64,000 nucleotides of DNA, taken from IMG/VR virus record IMGVR_UViG_3300035703_000038, positions 1 to 64,000 of that record; one strand, given 5' to 3'. Position numbers and translations under genes: made by a program. A model generated the notes under the pieces. The model had not been told where the DNA came from and ran no database searches. It saw only the letters and a list, made by a program, of their open reading frames with translations. Positions 27,335-36,240 of the stretch are shown piece after piece. Positions within the stretch are counted from its first letter, which is position 1; every line of letters starts with the position of its first letter. The DNA comes from a virus.

Positions 27335-30300
27335 GCAATATAACGGTTAAAGTAAATGGAGTACTTCAGGTGCTTGGCACCGATTACACCATTTCTGGTA
27401 ACAATGTTGTATTTACGACAGCACCCGCTGCCAATAGTAAAATTGAAATTCGTAAAGAAGCAGAAAGAACTGCAATTGAAACAAGCTTCAAGATCCAGCA
27501 GGTATTCTTAACTCAGCTTGTAACTTCCTATGCAACAGAAACAACTGTTACAACTACATTTGCTACAGCAACTGGCCAGGTCACACTCACAGCTTATGTT
27601 ACTGATGTAGATACATCTAGAACAACCAACTCAGTATTTGGCACTAGCAAATCAACATCAACTAGCTACCCAACAGTATTTAATACTGCATATGGAACAA
27701 CAAAGAACACAGCTTCTCAGTATGTAACGGCTTACGAATCTGGATTCCAAACAGTGACTGTATTTGATACAGATATCAATACGGCTGTTGACACAACAAG
27801 AACAACCAATACAACATTCCCAACCTCTTTGGCTACTGCCACATCACAATCAACAGTTACGGTTGTTAACTTTAACACAACATACAGTACAGACCAGACA
27901 ACAACCACTGCATTTGAGACAGCTTATAGCACGGTATTTAATACAACAACTGCATACGAAACAAATAGAACAACTGTCTTTGATACAAACCTATTAACAG
28001 CAACATCTAGACAGACAGATACATCTAAGCAAACATCTAGCGTATATGACACTACATATTCGTCTTTCTATGCTACAAGTACTACATTTGACACAGTTAT
28101 CAATACAGCTGTCAACACATCCAAGTCAACAGATACAAGCCAGGCTACAAGTAAGTCAACAAATACGACTACAACATTTGTAACTATTTTTGAAACAGCT
28201 GGCTCAACATCAAGAAACACAGCCACTGTATATGACACAGTGTTTGATACAAACAGGTTGACTGGTACAACAATCAATACAACATTTGATACTATTATTG
28301 GCACAAGTAAGGCCACAAGCACATCTAAATCAACAACATCTGTATTCAACACATCAACAACATTTGATACAGTGTTTGATACTGGCTATGATACATCCAA
28401 GTCAACTACATCAGTATTCAATACAACAACGTCATTCAATACTGTATTTGAAACAAACTTTGGCACTACGACTGCTTTTGATACAAACAGAGCTACAGAC
28501 ACATCAAAAAATACTGCTACTAGTAAAAGTACAACAACAGCCTTCAATACAATTACATCTTATGATGTAACTACAACATTTGTTACTGCCTATAATGCTG
28601 CAACTGTTTATATTACGACACAGGGTGCTGACACTGCTAGATCAACAAGCAGAATAACAGATACAAATAGATCCACAACAACTGCTTTTGATACTACAAC
28701 AACTTATGGTACAACATTCTATTTTATTACCAGCAAGCAGACAGATACTAGCAGGCAAACAGATACAAGCAAGAGCACATCAACTGTATTCAATACTATA
28801 ACAGCATACGATACGTTAGTTGCAACTGCTGTTACTAAGAGTACTACAACATCTTTCAATACAATAACAACGTTCAATACAACGTATGATTCCACATACA
28901 ACACAACTTATTCAACAGACTCAGGAACTACACAGCAGACAGACACATACAATAGTGGATCTGGTAACGTAACTGCTCCAGCTGGTGCCACATCCGTAAC
29001 TATCAAGGTTTGGGGTGGCGGTGGTGGCGGTGGCTGTGGTGAAACGCGTAGTGCCGGCGATCTTGGCGGCGGTGGTGGTGGCTCAGGTGCCTATGTTGAG
29101 AAGACAGTTTCTGTAACTGGTGGCTCAACATCATTTTCATATTCTGTTGGTTTAGGTGGTGGTGGATTTGGTAACCCTCCAGGTGCCAATGATGACGATT
29201 CGTTTGCAACAGGTGATGCTGGTGGACAGTCAACTGTAACTGGTACTGGCGTCAACATGGTTGCTCCAGCAGGTAATGGTGGCCAGTGTGCTTATTATGA
29301 TTCATTTGGTGATATTGTAACTGGCGGTGTAGGTGGATTTGGTGGCTTTGGCGCTAGTGGCGGTGATACAAACACGGATGGTAATGCAGGTAACCAGGGT
29401 GGTATAAACTTTGGTGGCCAAGGTGGTAGTGCTCCAAGTGGTGGCACTGGTGGTGCTGGTGGTACAGGTACTGGTGATGGTTCAACTGGTGGCGCTCCAG
29501 GTGCCGGTGGTGGCGGTGGCGGTGAGAATGATGGTAGTGGTGGTAATGGTGCTGATGGTCGCGTTGAGTTTGTTTGGACTATCTCCACAACAACAATCAC
29601 AACAAGATCAACAAGTGTATCGACATCAAAGTCTACAACACTATCAACTGGCACATCTGCATCTACAACAACTGCTTATAGTGTTGACACAGCCTACCCA
29701 ACAAGTAGAACAACATCCACATCTAAGTCAACAACTACTGTATTCCAGACCGCAACTACATTCCAGACAATAACATCATTCAATACTGGTCTTGGTGGTA
29801 CAACAAGCAGGGCTACTGGCACAAGCAGATCAACAGTATCTGTATTCCAGACAACATCGACATATGATACCTCATATGGTACTACATTCTACTTCAACAC
29901 GAGTAAGGGCACCACATTCTACTTTAATACAAGTAGAGCAACTACTGTAGCCCAAGCAACAGGTACAAGTAGAGGCACAACAACTGTATATGATACAAGC
30001 ACAATATTCCAAACATCCACTATATTTGGTACAAGTGCTGCAACCACAACAGTGTTTAATACAGCTAGAGGCACAAGTGCTGTAACAGCAACATCAAAAT
30101 TAACAACAACAGCCTATAATACTGTTGTTGCCACATCTCTTGCAACCAGCAGAACAACAGCAACATCTAAATCAACTACAACTGTATTTGATACTACAAC
30201 TGCATTTGACACAGCTTATGCTACAAGTAGATCAACTGTTAAGAATACAACAACTACATTTGAAACAAACATCAGCACAAATAAGCAGACAGCTACAACA

Positions 30301-33300
30301 TTTACTACAACATTTAATACTGCAGCTGCCACAGGTTTAGCAACATCAACAACTACAACCTATTCAACTGTTTATTCTACAACAACAACTTATAACACAG
30401 GTTACGATACTGCATTTGCAACAAATCGTAATACCGACACATCTGTAATTACAGTTAAATCGACAAGTAAACAAACAGCCTCTGTATTTCAGACTGCTAC
30501 CACATTTGATACAAGCACTGCATTTGAGACTTCTAGATCAACAGTATTTGACACTCTAATTGCTACTAGCACGTCGCGCGATACAGTTATTGGTACTGCT
30601 AGAAGCACACTATCAGCATTTGAAACAACTATTGGTACATCTTCAAATAAGTCAACAACAACTGTCTATAATACAACAACAATCTTTGACACATCAAGAC
30701 AGACAACATCTATATTTGTAACTGGCTATAACACTGCATACGCCACAAACAAGCTAACCAACACGAGTGTGTTCACTACAGGCGTAACAACAATAATTAC
30801 ATCTACGGCATTTGATACTGTGTATGAAACTAACAGAAACACAGCAAGAAACACCACAACTGCCTATGATACAAATTTTGACACAACAACTGCATTTGAA
30901 ACAGTTGTTGATGAATCTAGAAACACAGCCACTGTATTCAATACAAATACATCCTCATCTCTACAAAGAAATACAGATACAGCAATTCTGACTGAATATA
31001 GAATTCTTGCTACACAAACCGTGTATAGCTCAACATACCAGACATTCTATGAAACTATTGCTGGTGTGCTAACATCTGTTGATACAAATGTTACGACAAG
31101 TAAGGTAACAGATACTGCTTATGTTGCTCAGAATAGAAACACGTTACGTGACACAGCATATCAAACAACAAACCCTACTGTAGTTCAGACAAGCACTCTA
31201 GGTAACACAAGTGCCACTGTCATTTTTAACACGACATTTGTAACATATGACACAGCCTTTGCAACTAGCAAGTCAACTACGTCTGTATTCAGCACATCAT
31301 ATGAAACTGTAGCTGGTACATCCAAGTCAACATCGACTGTTTACGATAGTGTATTTGATACAACAAAACAAACAACAATTACGACAGATACAGCTTCACC
31401 AACATCTAGATTGACAGCTTATGGTACAGGCACAAGCAGAACAACAACATCCGCTTTCTCTACAGTCATAACAACGACATATGGAACAGGTTATAATACA
31501 TCTAAGACAACCGATTCTGTCTATGTGACAGCATTCTTAACTGTATCAACATTTCAAACATCACCTCTTACTTCAGTATCTACATTACTGTCTAAGACAA
31601 CAGAGACATCAACGTTCTTTGCTACATCACAAGCAACAGATAAGAATACACTAACAAGCAGATCAACAGTTTATGTAAGTGGTGTATCGACAACTTCTCG
31701 TACAACAGAGTTTGCTACAGCAACATCAATCAATACAAGCTATGATACAAGAAGAGGTACTGATACTACAACTCAATATGAAGGTACGACTGTATTTGCT
31801 ACTGTATATGATACAAATCTAAATGTTGGCACAACAAGAATAACAGATGTTGCTACCTCAACAGCATACAACACTGTTATTAATACAGCAAGAGATACAG
31901 AAGTTGCTACAAGTAAGAATACAACAACAGCATTTGATACTGATACAGCAATACAAACATCATTTGATACAACAATTGCTACACAGTCAAGTTCTAGCAC
32001 TGCCTATGCCACAAACATTAGTACAAGTAAGTCAACAAGCTCAGTATTTGATACAACTTATGAAGTCAATACATCAACTAGCAAGTCAACGACTACTGCT
32101 TATCAAACAATATTCCAAACATCTAGAAATACAAGCACTGCTTATCAAACACTATTCAATACAGTGTATAGGGATACTGCTCTAGATACTGATGTAACCA
32201 CAACTACCGCTAAGGCAACAACTGGTGTAACAGGCACATCCACTATATCTGCAACATCAAGGACAACGACATATATTACAGAAGCACTGACAGATACGAC
32301 GTATCTAATGTCGAGCTCATATGCCACATCTACTGTATTTGAAACAGTTGTAGGATCTTATTACTTGACAGTGTTTGATGGTACGACAACATACGACACC
32401 AACTCTGGTGCTGGTACAATGAAGTCTACTTCTAAAACAACCAGCCTATCAAGAGCTACATCAACATACTTTGAATCAGCTTATGTAACATTGTTCCAAT
32501 CAACAACAGTGTTTGCAACTGATATCACAACAACAGGTATTAAGTCAACAGCAAGCAGATACCAAACAGACCTAGGCCTAGGTACTCTAAGAGACACAAT
32601 TGTCTTTACAAATGTCTACACCTCAACAAGTAAGACAACTGCAACAGGTACTGGCTTCAATACAACAACGACATATGATACTGGTATCCAAGCTGTTACA
32701 GATGTGCTGACTGCCGAAACAAAGAATACATCATATGATACTCTAACAAGATATGATACAGTTATCAACACAACAACATCATATCTATCATCATACTCAA
32801 CAATTGTTGATACGTCAAGAACTACATTAACTTCGACTGCCTTTGATACTTCTAGGGCAACTGCAACCATCTTCCAGACTGACTCTGGTGCTGGTACATT
32901 GCGTAACACATCTTTAAGTACAACAACAGCATTTGAAACTGTGTTTGTAATTACTCAATCATCTAAGTCAACTACAACAACATTCAATACAATTTCAAGA
33001 TATGACACAGCTCTTGATACAGATGTTTCTACAGCTACAAGCAAATCGACAGTTAGTGCTTATACAAGATTTGAAGGTGGTAGAACAACATCAACCGTAT
33101 TCAATACAGGGTATGAAACATTACCATTAGCCATCACAGTTGTTGGTACAACAAGATCAACAGCAACAGTTATTGTTACTGCATACCAAACATCATCTGC
33201 TACAGCTTATGATACAACTAGAGCAACAAACAAAACAACAACTACTGCATTTGAAACAACATACGGTACCGGTATCTTAACGGCAAGAGACACTTATACG

Positions 33301-34158
33301 TCTACAACAACTTCAACTGCATTCTTAACAGAATCAGCAAGATTGACCAATACTGTTTATAAGAACACTGCATTTGATACAGATGTGACAACTGCCACAA
33401 TTACTCAATTTGCTACAGAAACATCAAGAAACACAGCTACTGTTATCTCAACTGATACAACAATATCTACAACAACGGCTGGTGGTGCTACAACATCAAC
33501 TTCGTTCCAAACTGCAACACTAACATCCACATCATTCTATACAACTACTATAACGATTTCTGACTTGTTAACATCTAAGACAACAACAACAGGCTATGAG
33601 ACATCTTCATATATTGATACAACAATAGCAACTGTTTACCAAACATTAACACAAGTAGCCACATTAATTAATACAGTTGGCGTAACTCAGTTTGACACAT
33701 CTAGAACGACAGATGTTGAAATTGACTTCTCTGTTAGAGCAACAAGCTTCCAAACATTGACAGTTGTAGATACGTCAACAGCCTATGTCACCGGTAGCAG
33801 AATCACTCAGCGTTCTACAACAACATTGAGAAATACTGATACAGTTGAATATGTTAGAGATACAACAAGAACATCTGATCCAAATACAGTATACCAGACT
33901 AGCACAGTGTTCCTAACAACTACAGGCTCTGGTCTAGATACAGATAAGGTAACATCAAGACAGACTGACACAGAAAGATCAACATCATTTGTAACGGCCT
34001 TTGATACAACTACAACTTACCAGACAGATTCTGGTGCTGGTACAATGAAGTCAACATCCAAGGCTACAGCAACATCCAGAGCAACTGACCAGCAAGTTCA
34101 GACAAGCTATGATACTGCTATTCAGACAACATATGAAACTGTTTATATAAATAATTAA
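27331..34158 (+). CDS. giant Thr-rich self-complementary fibre protein with an internal glycine-rich head (possibly a C-terminal extension of gp7)
   Basis: 2275-aa ORF built from T-x-[FY]-x, T-x-[KR]-x and T-x units; Gly-rich domain at residues ~530-752; located between gp7 and gp8. Confidence 0.85.
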   Translation: MSNITVKVNGVLQVLGTDYTISGNNVVFTTAPAANSKIEIRKEAERTAIETSFKIQQVFLTQLVTSYATETTVTTTFATATGQVTLTAYVTDVDTSRTTNSVFGTSKSTSTSYPTVFNTAYGTTKNTASQYVTAYESGFQTVTVFDTDINTAVDTTRTTNTTFPTSLATATSQSTVTVVNFNTTYSTDQTTTTAFETAYSTVFNTTTAYETNRTTVFDTNLLTATSRQTDTSKQTSSVYDTTYSSFYATSTTFDTVINTAVNTSKSTDTSQATSKSTNTTTTFVTIFETAGSTSRNTATVYDTVFDTNRLTGTTINTTFDTIIGTSKATSTSKSTTSVFNTSTTFDTVFDTGYDTSKSTTSVFNTTTSFNTVFETNFGTTTAFDTNRATDTSKNTATSKSTTTAFNTITSYDVTTTFVTAYNAATVYITTQGADTARSTSRITDTNRSTTTAFDTTTTYGTTFYFITSKQTDTSRQTDTSKSTSTVFNTITAYDTLVATAVTKSTTTSFNTITTFNTTYDSTYNTTYSTDSGTTQQTDTYNSGSGNVTAPAGATSVTIKVWGGGGGGGCGETRSAGDLGGGGGGSGAYVEKTVSVTGGSTSFSYSVGLGGGGFGNPPGANDDDSFATGDAGGQSTVTGTGVNMVAPAGNGGQCAYYDSFGDIVTGGVGGFGGFGASGGDTNTDGNAGNQGGINFGGQGGSAPSGGTGGAGGTGTGDGSTGGAPGAGGGGGGENDGSGGNGADGRVEFVWTISTTTITTRSTSVSTSKSTTLSTGTSASTTTAYSVDTAYPTSRTTSTSKSTTTVFQTATTFQTITSFNTGLGGTTSRATGTSRSTVSVFQTTSTYDTSYGTTFYFNTSKGTTFYFNTSRATTVAQATGTSRGTTTVYDTSTIFQTSTIFGTSAATTTVFNTARGTSAVTATSKLTTTAYNTVVATSLATSRTTATSKSTTTVFDTTTAFDTAYATSRSTVKNTTTTFETNISTNKQTATTFTTTFNTAAATGLATSTTTTYSTVYSTTTTYNTGYDTAFATNRNTDTSVITVKSTSKQTASVFQTATTFDTSTAFETSRSTVFDTLIATSTSRDTVIGTARSTLSAFETTIGTSSNKSTTTVYNTTTIFDTSRQTTSIFVTGYNTAYATNKLTNTSVFTTGVTTIITSTAFDTVYETNRNTARNTTTAYDTNFDTTTAFETVVDESRNTATVFNTNTSSSLQRNTDTAILTEYRILATQTVYSSTYQTFYETIAGVLTSVDTNVTTSKVTDTAYVAQNRNTLRDTAYQTTNPTVVQTSTLGNTSATVIFNTTFVTYDTAFATSKSTTSVFSTSYETVAGTSKSTSTVYDSVFDTTKQTTITTDTASPTSRLTAYGTGTSRTTTSAFSTVITTTYGTGYNTSKTTDSVYVTAFLTVSTFQTSPLTSVSTLLSKTTETSTFFATSQATDKNTLTSRSTVYVSGVSTTSRTTEFATATSINTSYDTRRGTDTTTQYEGTTVFATVYDTNLNVGTTRITDVATSTAYNTVINTARDTEVATSKNTTTAFDTDTAIQTSFDTTIATQSSSSTAYATNISTSKSTSSVFDTTYEVNTSTSKSTTTAYQTIFQTSRNTSTAYQTLFNTVYRDTALDTDVTTTTAKATTGVTGTSTISATSRTTTYITEALTDTTYLMSSSYATSTVFETVVGSYYLTVFDGTTTYDTNSGAGTMKSTSKTTSLSRATSTYFESAYVTLFQSTTVFATDITTTGIKSTASRYQTDLGLGTLRDTIVFTNVYTSTSKTTATGTGFNTTTTYDTGIQAVTDVLTAETKNTSYDTLTRYDTVINTTTSYLSSYSTIVDTSRTTLTSTAFDTSRATATIFQTDSGAGTLRNTSLSTTTAFETVFVITQSSKSTTTTFNTISRYDTALDTDVSTATSKSTVSAYTRFEGGRTTSTVFNTGYETLPLAITVVGTTRSTATVIVTAYQTSSATAYDTTRATNKTTTTAFETTYGTGILTARDTYTSTTTSTAFLTESARLTNTVYKNTAFDTDVTTATITQFATETSRNTATVISTDTTISTTTAGGATTSTSFQTATLTSTSFYTTTITISDLLTSKTTTTGYETSSYIDTTIATVYQTLTQVATLINTVGVTQFDTSRTTDVEIDFSVRATSFQTLTVVDTSTAYVTGSRITQRSTTTLRNTDTVEYVRDTTRTSDPNTVYQTSTVFLTTTGSGLDTDKVTSRQTDTERSTSFVTAFDTTTTYQTDSGAGTMKSTSKATATSRATDQQVQTSYDTAIQTTYETVYINN
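34146..34153 (+). promoter_or_regulatory. T4 late promoter
   Basis: TATAAATA upstream of gp8. Confidence 0.8.
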
Positions 34159-34180
34159 ACTATAGGATCCAGGACCTCAA

Positions 34181-36229
34181 ATGTTAACAAGATTCAAGCG
34201 CAATATTGTTGATTGTTTTATAGGCTCAGTGAGTAATACGCTGAGCGTTGAGCTGTCTGGTACTGTAACTGTCAATAGCTCTTGCACAACTGTAACAGGC
34301 ACAGGAACCAATTTCACATCTGATTTTGGTCTAGAAGATAGAATCTATATTGGTTCGCAATCTAGACAAGTAGTTTCAATTGCCAACGATACATTAATGA
34401 CAGTTGGCACACCATTTAGTACAAATGCAGCAGCCAACGTTTACCAAAAGGGTAAATTAGATAATAATGGTTATTATGTTTTTGCAGCCAGACAATCACC
34501 ATATCTAAATGACGATGTTGCCGCAAATACAATTGATAATGATTATGAAGGACAAACATTCCTACATGATGAATTGATGTTTGGTAGGAAGATTACTGAT
34601 ACTGATGTTGTACCAGTAGTTTCAAAAAAGAGCTGGCAGTCAAATACAATCTATAGCATTTACGATGATAAAGATACATCATTAATAGAAAAGAATTTCT
34701 ATGTTATTACATTTGAAAATAAAGTATACAAATGTATCTACAATAACAATGGCTCATCTTCTATAATTGAGCCAAGCCACACGCAGACAGGATTCCCTCC
34801 AGCTGAATCGGATGGATATAGATGGTTATATCTTTACCAGATAACAAATGATCAGCTATTAACATTTGGCACGGATAATTACATTCCTGTATTTGAAAAT
34901 ACAGATGTTAAGAAAGCTGCCATTGATGGTTCTATTTTTAATATCGCTGTAGAAGCTAATGGTTCTGGTTATCCAGCACATAGTGGTGTTATTGGTACGA
35001 CAAGCAATACGCAAATTGTAAAAATTAGCGATAATGCATCAACAGCTAATGATTTCTTTAGCAACTGTGCTATTACAATTACTAACGATTCAACAAACTA
35101 TACGTATGTAAAGGAAATCAGAGATTATGTTTCCAATAATAGTGGTAAGTTTGTTGTTGTAAAAATTCCATTTGCTAATGGACAGATTGCTAACAATAAT
35201 CCATATTCGATTGCACCATATATTAAGATTGAATCAAAGACTGGTTCAAACTGCGTAGCATATGCTGTCATGCAGAATGTTTCAAATACAACATTTGTTG
35301 GTAGCATAGAGTCAGTTGAGATTCTAAGTCCAGGCAGAAATTATAGACAAGCCAATGTAACAGTACAGACATCTGTTGGCTTTGGTTCTGGCGGTGAGGT
35401 TAGAGCAATCATATCACCACCTGGTGGCCATGGGCATGATGTTAAGAATGAGCTATACTGCCAAGCCGTTGGTATTGGTGTTGAGTTCTCAAACTCAGCA
35501 TTGCTAAATTTCTCATCTGATGTAGAATTTAGAACAGTTGGTTTGATCAAGAACCCATTATCAGCTAACACATTAATAACACCAGATGGTGTGGTTAATC
35601 TTGTTGCTAACAGTTTAAATGTTACTGGTTCCCAAACTAAGTTCACCCAGCAAGTAAACATTGGCGATTATTTAATCTATGCAGATGAGGAGAAAGAAGT
35701 TGCTGACATTACTAGCGACACTGCTCTCACATTAAAATCACCATTCTCGTATACAGTAGTTGCTGAATCATACGACGTTAGAAAGAGATATTCAAACTCA
35801 TATTTCAATCAAACTGTGTATGTTACAGCATCCAACACTACACCAACTCTACTCCAGGTTGGAGAGTTTGTGGTTGGTTCAGATGGCGCTGGTGGCGGCT
35901 CTCAGTCGAGGGGTAAGGTTGCATTTGCCAACACTTCTAAGATAGTTCTAACAGGACTAAATAAGAGTGAGACTCGTGGCTCAGCCAATGCAAAGATATT
36001 TGTAAATGACACACTAGTTGAGGGTGTTGGGTATGATGTTACATCAACTGCAACACCATTCATCGCTGCGTCAGGAGCTAAATACTCTAAGGTAGCAGGA
36101 AATAACTACATCACAAGAATACCTGATGTCAAATTATATTCTGGTGAGATTCTATATGTTCAGAATCTACTACCAGTACAAAGATCAAATACAACTAATG
36201 AACAAATTAGATTGATTATTAAGTTCTAG
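34181..36229 (+). CDS. gp8: baseplate wedge subunit (gp8-like) with inserted beta repeats
   Basis: W.....Y..YD; NFYV......VYKC..N; DGY.W.YLY; PPGGHG; YSGEILY..N..PV.R....EQI.LII.F. Confidence 0.88.
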   Translation: MLTRFKRNIVDCFIGSVSNTLSVELSGTVTVNSSCTTVTGTGTNFTSDFGLEDRIYIGSQSRQVVSIANDTLMTVGTPFSTNAAANVYQKGKLDNNGYYVFAARQSPYLNDDVAANTIDNDYEGQTFLHDELMFGRKITDTDVVPVVSKKSWQSNTIYSIYDDKDTSLIEKNFYVITFENKVYKCIYNNNGSSSIIEPSHTQTGFPPAESDGYRWLYLYQITNDQLLTFGTDNYIPVFENTDVKKAAIDGSIFNIAVEANGSGYPAHSGVIGTTSNTQIVKISDNASTANDFFSNCAITITNDSTNYTYVKEIRDYVSNNSGKFVVVKIPFANGQIANNNPYSIAPYIKIESKTGSNCVAYAVMQNVSNTTFVGSIESVEILSPGRNYRQANVTVQTSVGFGSGGEVRAIISPPGGHGHDVKNELYCQAVGIGVEFSNSALLNFSSDVEFRTVGLIKNPLSANTLITPDGVVNLVANSLNVTGSQTKFTQQVNIGDYLIYADEEKEVADITSDTALTLKSPFSYTVVAESYDVRKRYSNSYFNQTVYVTASNTTPTLLQVGEFVVGSDGAGGGSQSRGKVAFANTSKIVLTGLNKSETRGSANAKIFVNDTLVEGVGYDVTSTATPFIAASGAKYSKVAGNNYITRIPDVKLYSGEILYVQNLLPVQRSNTTNEQIRLIIKF

Positions 36230-36240
36230 AGGTTCAAAGA

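Noticed and set aside
27331-34158. DNA-level inverted duplication, tandem repeat array or CRISPR-like array as the cause of the symmetry
   Set aside because: Both arms are A/C-rich (ACA/ACT codons) on the same strand and are not nucleotide reverse complements. Paired residues differ (F/Y vs K/R), and there are no fixed-length repeat-spacer units. The symmetry exists only at protein level.
27331-34158. Simple disordered mucin-like or ice-binding TxT solenoid protein
   Set aside because: Neither explains an aperiodic 2/4 unit pattern mirrored without gaps over 454 residues; solenoids need a fixed repeat period.
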